From the NCBI GenBank assembly GCA_951406725.2, contig OX597829.1, forward strand, positions 25,916,001 through 25,980,000: 64,000 nt of DNA, given 5' to 3'. Numbering within the stretch: position 1 is the first letter of the stretch; each line of letters starts with the position of its first letter. A program made the translations under genes and the position numbers. The notes below the pieces were generated by a model. It was not told where the DNA came from. It saw only the letters and a list, made by a program, of their open reading frames with translations, and did not search any database. Of this stretch, positions 49,140 to 60,218 are shown one piece after another. This DNA is from Octopus vulgaris (taxonomy: Eukaryota).

Positions 49140-50112
49140 TCAGGTCATCCCATAAGTTCTGTCTGAATTTTGAATAAAGAAAACAAATGATCAAATGTTA
49201 TATTTAATTGAAATTTAATCATCAATGTACTTTCCCTGATTATCTACGACTTCCTTCCATCTATTTACAAGCTTTTAATCCCATCAATGTAAAACTCTTT
49301 TGGTTTCAAAGCGAAGAATTCTGAAATGTCAGTTTCGACCTCCTCCTGGCTTGCAAAAGTGATGCACCCCCAAATGATTCTGTAAACTAGGAAATATATG
49401 GTAGTCTGAAGGAGCAAGGTCAGGAGAATAAGGTGGATGAGGAATTTTTTCCCAGCCAAGCTCTTCGATCTTCTGTGATGTGATCTTTGCAGTGTGGGGT
49501 TGCGCATTGTACTGATGAAACATCACTCCTTTTCGATTCACTAAAGCGGGTCTTTTTTTTCTTCAAAGCTTGGTTCAAACACTCTAATTGCTGACAGTAG
49601 ACTTGAGCATTGATTGTTGCATTAGGCAGTAACAATTCAAAGTGAATTAGTCCTTTGCAATCCCACCAGATAGAGAGAAGAACCTTTTTCCCATGAAGTT
49701 CCCTTCTCGGTGTTGGTTGAGCTTTTTCCCTTTTACCAAGCTACTGTTTATGATGCTTAACATTTTGATAGAAGATCCGTTTTTCATCACCAGTCACAAG
49801 TCTATCCAAAAAAGATGAAATGAGTTGGTGAGAATGGAAAAAAGAGCAGATGTCAACTCGGGATTTGCGGTTGCTTTCTGACAATTCATGAGACACCCAT
49901 TTTCCAAGTTTAGGAACCTTTCCAAGTTGTTGAAGATGACGATGAGCAGTTGTATGGTTTGAACTAAGCATTATTGCTAATTCTTCAACTGATAACGCAG
50001 GATTTTTTTCAACTAATGCCTCAAGGAGCTTATCATCAAACCCAACTGGACGTTCTGTTCAATCTTCATCTTCAAGGCTGAAATCTCCACTTCTGAATTT
50101 TGCAAACCATCT
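49140..50112 (-). mobile_element. Defective mariner, 3' two-thirds with TIR, interrupted by an RTE (continues at 52254-52290)
   Basis: WVSHEL, VTGDEK, HQYNAQPH and HPPYSPDLAPSDY; TIR TCAGGTCATCCCATAAGTTCTG. Confidence 0.92.
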
Positions 50113-52253
50113 AGTGTAGCAGCATAATAGTCAACTGCTACAAAGGTAAAGGTGATGCCCTAGATACAAATAACTACTGGGGTATCAAGCTGCTGGATCA
50201 GGTAATGAAGGTTACGGAGAGGGTTATAGCCCAACTAATTAGAGAGAGAGTTACCTTAGATCAGATGCAGTTTGGGTTCGTGCCAGGGAAAAGTACTACT
50301 GATGCTATTTTCCTGGTAAGACAGCTGCAGGAGAAATACCTAGCCAAAGATAAGCCCCTGTACCTGGCTTTCGTTGACATGGAGAAAGCCTTTGATAGGG
50401 TCCCCCGATCACTTATCTGGTGGTCAATGAGGAAACTAGGGATAGATGAATGGTTAGTGAGAGCTGTGCAAGCCATGTACAGAGATGCTGCTAGTAAGGT
50501 GAGGGTTGGCATCAAGTACAGTGAAGAATTCAGAGTAGAGGTTGGGGTCCACCAAGGTTCAGTCCTCAGTCCCCTCCTATTTATCATACTCCTCCAGGCA
50601 ATAACGGAGGAATTCAAGACAGGATGCCCCTGGGAGTCCCTCTATGCTGATGACCTTGCTCTAATTGCTGAGTCTCTATCAGAACTGGAGGAGAAGTTTC
50701 AGGTGTGGAAGCAAGGTTTAGAATCGAAGGGCCTTAGAATCAACCTAGCCAAAACCAAAGTCCTAATAAGTAGGAAGGTAGACCAATCACAAACGCCTTC
50801 AGGTAGATGGCCCTGCTCGATCTGTAGAAAAGGCGTAGGTAGAAACTCTATAAGATGCACCAAATGTAAGCTATGGACACATAAGAGATGTAGTAATGTC
50901 AAAGGAAGACTAACTAGGAAAATAGTTTTTATCTGTGGCAGATGCTCAGGAGCAATAAACTCTGAAAATATGCAGAGACCAACTTCTACCACGTTCCAGG
51001 GAGAAAAACTAGAAGTAGTTGATAGCTTCCGCTACCTAGGAGACCAAGTCAGTAGCGGGGGTGGGTGTGCTGAAAGTGTAACTGCTAGAGTAAGAATAGC
51101 CTGGGCAAAGTTTAGAGAGCTCTTACCCCTGCTGGTGACAAAAGGCCTCTCGCTCAAAGCAAATGGCAGACTGTATGATGCATGTGTACGTACAGGCATG
51201 CTACATGGTAGTGAAACTTGGGCTGTGACTGCTGAGGATTTGCGTAAGCTCGCAAGAAATGAAGCTAGTATGCTCCGTTGGATGTGTAATGTCAGTGTTC
51301 AAAATCGACAGAGTGTAAGTACCTTGAGAGAAAAATTGGACCTAAGAAGCATCAGTTGTTGTGTGCAAGAGAGACGATTGCGCTGGTATGGTCATGTGGC
51401 GAGAATGGATGAAGATAGGTGTGTGAAAAAGTGCTACACCCTGGCAGTTGAGGGGACCTGTGGAAGAGGTAGACCCAGGAAAACCTGGGACGAGGTGGTG
51501 AAGAACGACCTTCAAACTTTAGGTCTCACCAAGGAAATGACTAGAGACCGAGACCTATGGAAGTATGCTGTGCATGAGAAGACCCGGCAAGACCAGTGAG
51601 AACAGTCAAAATGAAAATGAAAATCAAACCAAATCAAATCAGATATCAGAAAGCAGAACCAAAATTGAGGTCGATCAACATCAGTGGAAATTGCAGCCGT
51701 GGTTAAGCGAACCATCCGATCGTGGTCGTTGCCGGCGCCGCCCCGTCTGGCCTCTGTGCCGGTGGCACGTAAAAGCACCATCTGTTTGTGTCCGCTGCCA
51801 GCCTCGCCTGGCCCCCGTGCCGGTGGCACATAAAAGCACCATCTGTTCGTGTCCGTTGCCAGCATCGCCTGGCCCCTGTGCCGGTTGCACGTAAAAGCAC
51901 CATCCGCTCGTGTCCATTGCCAGCCTCGCCTGGCCCCCGTGCCGGTGGCACGTAAAAGCACCATTCATTCGTGTCCGTTGCCAGCTTCGCCTGGCCCCCG
52001 TGCCGGTGGCACGTAAAAGCACCATCCGTTCGTGGCCGTTTGCCAGCTCTGTCTGGCACCTGTGCGGGTGGCACGTAAAAAGCACCCACTACACTCACGG
52101 AGTGGTTGGCGTTAGGAAGGGCATCCAGCCGTAGAAACACTGCCAGATCTGACTGGGCCTGATGAAGCCTTCCGGCTTCACAGACCCCAGTTGAACCGTC
52201 CAACCCATGCTAGCATGGAAAACGGATGCTAAATGATGATGATGATAATGATG
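50113..52253 (+). mobile_element. Young 5'-truncated RTE LINE with uninterrupted RT ORF
   Basis: ORF open from the junction to 51599; six ~60 bp UTR repeats; (GAT)n tail; flanked by an ATCT duplication. Confidence 0.95.
50205..51599 (+). CDS. RTE reverse transcriptase (partial, 464 aa) with inserted C4HC3 PHD finger
   Basis: QFGF, FVDMEKAFDRV, GVHQGSVLSPLLF, YADD and FRYLG motifs; CSIC...CTKC...HKRC...CGRC. Confidence 0.9.
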   Translation: MKVTERVIAQLIRERVTLDQMQFGFVPGKSTTDAIFLVRQLQEKYLAKDKPLYLAFVDMEKAFDRVPRSLIWWSMRKLGIDEWLVRAVQAMYRDAASKVRVGIKYSEEFRVEVGVHQGSVLSPLLFIILLQAITEEFKTGCPWESLYADDLALIAESLSELEEKFQVWKQGLESKGLRINLAKTKVLISRKVDQSQTPSGRWPCSICRKGVGRNSIRCTKCKLWTHKRCSNVKGRLTRKIVFICGRCSGAINSENMQRPTSTTFQGEKLEVVDSFRYLGDQVSSGGGCAESVTARVRIAWAKFRELLPLLVTKGLSLKANGRLYDACVRTGMLHGSETWAVTAEDLRKLARNEASMLRWMCNVSVQNRQSVSTLREKLDLRSISCCVQERRLRWYGHVARMDEDRCVKKCYTLAVEGTCGRGRPRKTWDEVVKNDLQTLGLTKEMTRDRDLWKYAVHEKTRQDQ

Positions 52254-52289
52254 ATCTTCTGCAAGTTCTTTCATTCAAGCATTCTTTCC

Positions 52290-53233
52290 CATAAGCTGAG
52301 AATTAGGAGGCTAAATGTTAGGGGTTATGTGATCGCGAAAATTTTCAGCCATCCATTCCTGTGTTATTAGAACCATGTGTGATAGTGCGGAGTCTTATTG
52401 AAACACATATGGCCTTCCATTGCATACACTGTCTATACAGGGCTTAATAATTGTTTCCAGGATCCCAATGTAAGTGGCAGAGTTAACTCTAAGGCCTTGT
52501 GGAAAGAAGTAAGGAGGCATCACATGTCTTTCATTGCTTATAACCACTAAAACCATGACAATTGCAAGAAATTTTGTATGTATAACACTTAGAACTTTAG
52601 AAAGATCTGCACATAACCATCCATCATTTCTTCTGTTAACTTTTTGATTTTAGTCGAAGTTTTTCTTGTTTGAGAAAAACCAAATCAAATCTTCTTCTGC
52701 TGGATTTTTCAGTTTGCTTTAGAGCCTTTTAGATCTGATGTAGTGATTTTCTTTTGCTTCTTCTGACATAAATTGACTTTTCTGCATCACATAAGACTTA
52801 TATCTAATGTTCTCATGGACAACATTTCTGACTGTTCCTTCTGACACATAGAGATCTCTTGCAATTGACCTCATGGACTTTCTGACATTGTAATCAATGG
52901 TCTGTTGAACTTGCTGGATAAATTCAGATGTTCTGATGATTTCAGAGTGTTTAGAATGCCTTTTATGCTTTGATTACTGGTGATACGTCTCTATCTTCAG
53001 TTTCTAACTCCTTAAGAACTTTGTAGACGAAAGATCTGGCAACTTTTTAAAATTGAGATATTTCTAAATCACTATGTTCAACCTTTATAATGATAATAAC
53101 AGCATGCCTCTTCATTTCTTGAGTAAGCTGAGGGCTTGCCATTATTATTTTCTGAAACAAAGATTATACAGAGTTAGCAAACAATGTAGCAATGACCCAA
53201 AAAAGGTACATCCTCAAATACCTTACATACCCA
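52290..53233 (-). mobile_element. Defective DD37D (maT/Bmmar1-like) transposon, 5' end plus most of the transposase
   Basis: MASPQLTQEMKRHAV..RKSMRSIARDLYVSEGTVRNVVHE..WFFSNKKNF..VNRRND.W..YVFQ*DSALSH..PNI*PPNS; probable terminus TA|CTGGGTATG. Confidence 0.75.
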
Positions 53234-53245
53234 GTATATATATAT

Positions 53246-53749
53246 ATCATCATCATCATCATCATCATCGTTTAACGTCCGCTTTCCGCGCTAGCACGGG
53301 TTGGACGGTTTGACCGGGTCTGGGAAGCCAGGGGCCGCTCCAGGCTCCAGTCTGAATCTGGCAGAGTTTCTACGGCTGGATGCCCTTCCTAACGCCAACC
53401 ACTCCGTGAGTGGATTGGGTGCTTTTTACGTGCCACCTGCACAGGGGCCGGAGGGTCCGGCATCGTCACGATCGGTTCGAGCATTTTAACGTGTCAGCGG
53501 CACGGGGGCAACGAGGTCCGGGGTACTTTGGGGATCGGGGTACTTTGGGGATCCAGGGTACTTTGGGGATCCGGGGTACTTAGAATGGGTAGGGTGTATG
53601 TGGAATTGCTGCAGAAAGCAGCCCGGGTCTTTGTAGTCACAGCATATCTCCAGAGATCTCGGTCCTTCGCCATTGCCTCAGTGAGGCCCAATGCTCTGAG
53701 GTCATGCTTGACCACCTCATCCCATGTCTTCCTGGGTCTACCTCTCCCC

Positions 53750-53789
<40 letters not shown>

Positions 53790-54092
53790 GCACGTAAAAA
53801 GCACCATCCGTTCGTGGCCGTTGCCAGCCTTGATGGCCCCCATGCCGGTGGCACATAAAAAGCACCATCCGATCAGGGCCGTTTGCCAGATTTGTCTGGC
53901 ACCTGTGCCGGCAGCACGTAAAAAGCACCCACTGCACTCATGGAGTGGTTGGCGTTAGGAAGGGCATCCAGCCATAGAAACATTGCCAGATCAAACTGGG
54001 CCTGGTGCAGCCTTCTGGCTTCCCAGACCCCAGTTGAACCGTCCAACCCATGCTAGCATGGAAAGCGGACGCTAAACGATGATGATGATGAT
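53246..54092. mobile_element. Two RTE 3' ends head-to-head (53246-53752 minus, 53786-54092 plus) joined by (TA)n
   Basis: (CAT)n on the left and (GAT)n on the right, each with the GGAAGGGCATCC terminal domain. Confidence 0.85.
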
Positions 54093-54111
54093 GATATATA
54101 TACATACATAT

Positions 54112-54144
<33 letters not shown>

Positions 54145-55009
54145 TATATATACATACATATATATATATATACTTATATACATGCATATATATATATATA
54201 TACATATACACATATACTTATATATACTATATATATATATATACTTATATACATGCATATATATATATATATATAAGTATATATATATATACATATACAC
54301 ACAATACATACATACATATATATATATTGGTAAAAATGGTAAGATAACAAAAGAAAGAAAGGGACCTCAATATTATGTAAATAGAGGAATTTATCTATAA
54401 AATAATATGTTACCATTATTCAATAGCCAAGATAAAACTCTGAGCTTTGGATGCCAAAGTGGAAATCCACAACTCTTCGGTTATCTGGCCATCTGAAAAA
54501 CGCTATGAAAAAAGACCATTATACAAAGGGAAATTACTGTGTTATTATTCCGCTACTTATATAAATTAAGGTTAAAGGTTCATAGTAAACACGTAAGCAT
54601 GGCTACTCATACGCTCACATGTGCGCTCGCGCATCCACGTGCATACGTATACATCACTATGAAAACGTACACATCTTCACTTGCATTTTTCACCAAATGT
54701 ATACGCATATATATACAAACTCATACACACACACGTGTACCGTAAAGGTTCATACATACGTCTATATACGCATAAGCACAAGAAAAAACATGGTTAAAGG
54801 TAACAATACAGAAAAAAAACAACAATACAGAAAAAACATAAGGAAGTATACAAAGCGTAAAACCACGTTCATATACAGATATGCCCTTATGCACAAATAC
54901 ACACACACGCCCATATATGTACATACCCGCACACATCTATATACATACACACCCGACCACCCATACATATTCACATACGTGTACAAATGAATCTATATAC
55001 ATATATATA

Positions 55010-55915
55010 TCATCATCATCATCATCATCATCATCATCGTTTAACGTCCGTTTTCCGCGCTAGCACGGGTTGGACGGTTTCGACCGGGGTCTGGGGAGCC
55101 AGGGGCTGCCCCAGGCTCCAGTCTGGTCTGGCAGTGTTTCTACAGCTGGATGCCCTTCCTAACGCCAACCACTCCGCGAGTGTAGTGGGTGCTTTTTACG
55201 TGCCACCTGCACAGAAGCCAGTCGGGGCGGTGCTGGCATCGGCCACGTTCGGATGGTGCTTTTTTATGTGGGGGGGGTTGCAGAAATATAGGGGAGCACC
55301 AGCGGGGAGGGGTGTTCGGAGTGTTCATGTACTTGACTCAACAGGTCTCCTCATGCACAGCGGGACGATCTGGGATCCGGGGTACTTTGAATTGGCAGGG
55401 GCTATGCGGAACTGATGCAGGAAGCAGCCCGGGTCTTTGCAGTCACAGCATATCTCCAGAGATCTCGGTCCTTCGCCATTGCCTCGGTGAGGCCCAACGC
55501 TCTGAGGTCAAGCTTGACTGCCTCATCCCATGTCTTCCTGGGTCTACCTCTCCCCCTGATACCTTCAACTGTTTTGGAGTGGCACTTCTTCACACATCTC
55601 TCCTCATCCATCCGCAGCACATGACCATACCATCTAAAGCGTCGCTCTTGCACACCACAACTGATGCTTCTTATGTCCAGCATTTCTCTCAGGATGCTTA
55701 CACTCTGTCGTGCGTGCACACTGACATTACACATCCAGCGGATCATGCTAGCTTCATTTCTTTCAAGTCTACGCATGTCCTCTGCAGTCATAGCCCATGT
55801 TTCATTACCGTGGAGCATGGCAGTTCGCACACATGCATCATACAGTCTACCTTTCGCTCTGAGGGAGAGACCCTTTTTTCGCCAGTAGGGGTAGGAGCTT
55901 TCTGAACTTTGCCCA
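55010..55915 (-). mobile_element. RTE 3' fragment
   Basis: ORF 55402-55830 (TAMLHGNETWAMT...RGRGRPRKTWDE); (GAT)n tail. Confidence 0.9.
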
Positions 55916-56383
55916 AATATATATATATATATATATTATTTGTTTCAGTCATTGGAGTATGGCCAAGCTGGGGTACTGCCTTGGAATGCAAATCATCATC
56001 ATCATCGTTTAATGTCCGCTTTCCATGCTAGCATTGGTTGGACATCTTTTCTTAATATATTTTTAAAATATATTAGCAGAGTACACCAGAACATTACAAT
56101 CCCTACAACAGATACTGTTTTTTTAGACTGTGGCCATGCTGGGGCACCACCTTGAAGAATTTTAGTTGAACAAATCAGCCTCGGTACTTATTTTTATTTT
56201 AAGCCTGGTACTTATTCTATCTGTTTATTTTGCTAAACTGCTAAGTTATGAGGATGTAAGCACACCAACACCAATTGTCAAGGGGTGGTAGGAGACAAAC
56301 ACAGACACAAAGACACACTACACACACCTACACATACACACCTAAATGCATACACACACACACACCTAAACACGCACACACCT

Positions 56384-56428
<45 letters not shown>

Positions 56429-56876
56429 GTGGACGACTTCTTTCAGTTTTTGTCAGCCAAATCCACTTACTCACTTGCAAGGCTTTGGTCAGCCCAAGTC
56501 TATAGTAGAAGACACTATATGCCCAAGATGCCATGCAGTGGGACTGAACCCAGAACCACGTGGTTAGAAAGCAAGCTTCTTACGTCACAGCCATGCCAGT
56601 GCCTACAATACAACGCACACTCATCACATGCAACACTCAGTGCTACAACACAACTCACAGAGCAGAGCACATATTCTACACAATGACCCCACACAATAAA
56701 ACACAACCTAACTTCATTGCACACACATTATATCGGCAGTCCCTGAACTGCATTCTGCAGCACATGGGTGTATCATGAGACATAGTTTGCTGCATGTCTC
56801 AAAGATGATCATTATAATAATAAAAAAAAAAGTATAGGAAAAAATACAAAACTGAAATTATAAATGTAGGAAATAT

Positions 56877-57012
56877 AACTGTAAACATGTCAACTTTAAT
56901 AATACCGGAATGGAAGGTTAGGCAGTACTTCGCGCCATTTCATTCATTTAAGGACAATTAGGTACAATATTGCAATGAAAAATATGAGAATTTTACTATT
57001 TGAATGCAAGGA
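56877..57012 (-). ncRNA. Candidate H/ACA snoRNA-like RNA (copy 2)
   Basis: Hairpin - AAATGA - hairpin - ACA-gtt; paralog of 48855-48976. Confidence 0.35.
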
Positions 57013-57400
57013 CTTAAATTAAAAAGATTTTTTTTTTTTAGAAAGCACCAAAGAAATTTATGTAAAAATTTGAGTGATAAGATCACTTTTTCTAATTAAA
57101 CAATCCTTTCTACTATAAACACAAGGCCCAAAATTTTAGGGATGGGATAAATTGATTTGATGAACCCCACTACTCAACTTATTTTATCAACTCTGAAAGG
57201 ATGAAAAGCAAAGTTGACCTTTGTGGAATTTGAACTCAGAACGTAAAGACGGACGAAATGCCACTAAGCATTTTGCCTGGCGTGCTTTTTAATTAAATTA
57301 ATTGTTATTTTTGTAACTGACAACAAAAAATTTTTAATGTAAAATGTGAAAAATATTCTGTAATATTTATTACAATGTTCTTGTCCAAAAATAGCATTAA

Positions 57401-57620
57401 CCCTTTTGTTACTAACCCGGCCAAAACCGGCTCTGGCTCTGGGGTAAAATGTCTTGTTTTCATAAGTTTTGAGTTAAAATCTTCCACCAAACCTTAGTCA
57501 CAATTTATGTTCCTAACACTAGCTTGATGATAACTAAGTTATTTTACTAAATTCTTTGTTATATTTAAAATAATTGAAAGAAACACAGAGCATCTCAATA
57601 TAAATACAGTAATGAAAGGG
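57401..57620. mobile_element. piggyBac-type MITE (second family)
   Basis: TTAA|CCCTTTTGTTAC...GTAATGAAAGGG|TTAA; related opposite-strand pieces at about 62716-62930 and 63445-63590. Confidence 0.8.
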
Positions 57621-57706
57621 TTAATATTTACTTAGTGATATTAATCTCACCAATCTTAGAGGAAACAAGAAGGCCAGGGACAGAACCCTTCAGTGGGACC
57701 AAACTA

Positions 57707-58250
57707 TTGGGTTGTCCGGAAAGTTCATGCTGATTTATAGTAGCTTACATTTTGACTTATTTTAGAACATGGTTGAGTCCATAAAATAGGATTTGACTAC
57801 ACCTCCATTTAGAGCACAGTTTAAACTATCTTTTCGTGGAAGAAGGTTTATGTTCCGATAACCTGTGTTAATTCTGTAAGCCTTTAAATGGAAGATAAGA
57901 AAGTTCATTTTCGGCACTTGATGCTTTGGGAACCAGACAAAAATTGCTGCAGCTCGGCTGGGATGTGTTACCTCACCCTCCATATTCACCAGATATTGCT
58001 CCTTCGGATTTCCACTTATTCATGTCTCTGCAGAATAGTCTTAATGGTAAAAATTTCAATTCCTTGAATGACGTAAAAAGATACCTTGATGAATTCTTTG
58101 TCATGAAAACACCTCAGTTCTGGGAAGAGGGTATTTTCAAGTTCAAGGAAAGGTGGAGATGCATTGTGCAACAAAATGGTTCATATTTGGTTGATTAAAA
58201 ATGTAATGGCAAGTATTTATTGACCTTTTTCTTTCCTTTGAAAATTGGAA
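57707..58250 (+). mobile_element. Internally deleted mariner (mellifera/Famar1-like)
   Basis: TA|TTGGGTTGTCCGGAAAG TIR; MEDKKVHFRHLMLW fused directly to TRQKLLQLGWDVLPHPPYSPDIAPSDFHLF. Confidence 0.9.
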
Positions 58251-59089
58251 TTAAAAAAAGAAAAATTACCTGATACAAACTTTTATATTTCTTTCCATGT
58301 ATTGTGGTTTCCTTTAATAATACCAAATACAAAAGAAAAAAGTTCCTTGTGTTACAGGTCAAAAGAATATGAAATTATGCTCACATAATTATATTTTATA
58401 TTTCATTATAAACTAAAATATCTCTTTTTTATACATTTCTTTTATTTTTCACTTATTTCAATCATTGGACTACTCCCATGCTGGAGCACTGCCTTTAAGG
58501 GTTTAGTTGATCATGTTGAGCCCAGTGCTTATTTTTTAAAGTCTGCTACTTATCTATCAGTCTCTTTTGCTGGAATGCTAAATTACAGGGATGTAAACAA
58601 ACCAGCACCAGTCATCAAGCAGTGTGGTGTAAACAAACAACACACACATATATGCAATACATATATATGATGGGCTTCCACTCAGTTTACACCTACTAAA
58701 TTCACTCATAGCCCAGGGAAATAGTAGAAGACACTTGCCCAGGGTGCCACACAGTGGTACTGAACCCAAAATCATGTGGTTGTAAAGGGAGCTTCTTAAC
58801 CACACAGCCATGTCTGTGCGAATACTGCTCTTTAATACATTTCTTACTCTGATTTCCAATAAAACCAGAATATTTTTATTTACTTTAAAGTGAACCACAA
58901 GAATAAGAAGTTTGAGTACAGCTGGTGTGTTCTGTTAATTGTATAATTTGCAAACATCAGCTCATGAACTTCATGTTGCTCAGTTTTCCAAGTTAAATCC
59001 TACATATTGTGTTCTCTTCTCTGAGGATCTGTCTGTGGTCAATGACATACCACATACTCACAGCAAATAAAGAAATACTTCATGTGTGT

Positions 59090-59182
59090 CTCGTAATAGC
59101 TCAGTTGGTAGAGCAGAGGACTGTAACATGGTAAATCATGTCTGTTATCCTTAGGTCAGTGGTTCGAATCTGTCTTGTGAGA
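59090..59182 (+). tRNA. tRNA-Tyr(GTA) with 20-nt intron (59127-59146), probably a pseudogene or divergent copy
   Basis: TAGCTCAGTTGGTAGAGC D arm, GAGGA-CTGTAA-[intron]-A-TCCTT anticodon arm, GGTTCGAATC T loop, C1:G72 and A73, TTTT 5 nt downstream; T stem poorly paired. Confidence 0.8.
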
Positions 59183-59192
59183 TTCCTTTTAT

Positions 59193-59375
59193 AGGCACAG
59201 GAGTGGCTGTGTGGTAAGTAGCTTGCTTACCAACCACATGGTTCCAGGTTCAGTCCCACTGTGTGGCACTTTGGGCAAGTGTCTTCTACTATAGCCTCGG
59301 GCCGATCAAAGCCTTGTGAGTGGATTTGGTAGACGGAAACTGAAAGAAGCCTGTCGTATATATGTGTATATATAT
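59193..59375 (+). mobile_element. SINE family A 5' half immediately downstream of the tRNA
   Basis: AGGCACAGGAGTGGCTGTGTGGTAAG...GGTTCAGTCCC...TTGGGCAAGTGTC. Confidence 0.85.
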
Positions 59376-59379
59376 ATAT

Positions 59380-59642
59380 GTTTGTGGAAAGAGGTATCAT
59401 CACTCATGTCGATACCCAGGTCCCTCACTAATTTAAGTTCTGGGATTGTAATCCCTTGCAGACGCTGGTAGTGCAGGGTATTGGAATTATTCAGCATCAA
59501 ACTGCATATTATTGTCCTCAGCCCATCTGTAAATTGAGTCCAACTCTTGCTGCAGGTGTGCAACATCGTTCACTATTTTTGTTTTCTTTGAGGTGGCTTC
59601 CATTGGTCACTACTGCCTGACTTCTATCCTTCAGAAAGTCAT
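59380..59642 (-). mobile_element. CR1-group RT remnant with internal deletions
   Basis: DFLKDRSQAVVTNG, LQQELDSIYRWAEDNNMQF and VRDLGIDMSDDTSFHKH. Confidence 0.75.
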
Positions 59643-59649
59643 ATAACTG

Positions 59650-59714
<65 letters not shown>

Positions 59715-60218
59715 TATATACACACACACACACAAATACTTTAAAATTTAAAAAAAAACTTAATACATATTACCTGAAATACCAGGTAATAATATTAACT
59801 ATCAACCTGCATTATTAATTTTTTAACTAGAAGTAGTCCGTTATATATATGCGTGTGTTAATATTACACACACACACACACACACATACAACAGGCTATT
59901 TCTAGTTTCCAGCTACCAATTATGGATAAGAAGCAGGGGGAACAATTCTTATGTGGAAAGATAAGGTCAAAAATAGCTGAAACAAACAACATCGGGTATA
60001 TTGCACATTTACTGTGCATTTCTTTATTCCTTTTCCTTTATGTATTCCAACCTAAAGGTTGCTATTGTGCTGGGCACTGCTATTTGTATGTAAATGACTG
60101 TCAGCATTGGTAACTGATGAGATATATTACTTCACAGAAGTTGAGAAACAGAAGAAAAGTCTAATAATGCTTCTAGAATATAAATGATCATCTGACATAT
60201 TCGTTAGTAATGGATTTT

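Noticed and set aside
51750-52090. Palindromic repeat-spacer array resembling CRISPR
   Set aside because: Linkers are homologous to each other, and the array is part of the RTE 3' UTR.
58885-59005. Minus-strand open frame DLTWKTEQHEVHELMFANY...
   Set aside because: The acceptor lacks a pyrimidine tract, the donor is weak, and no family is recognised.
60110-60165. CTGATGAG...GAAAC hammerhead candidate
   Set aside because: No stem II closing onto GAAA and no stem I/III pairing found.
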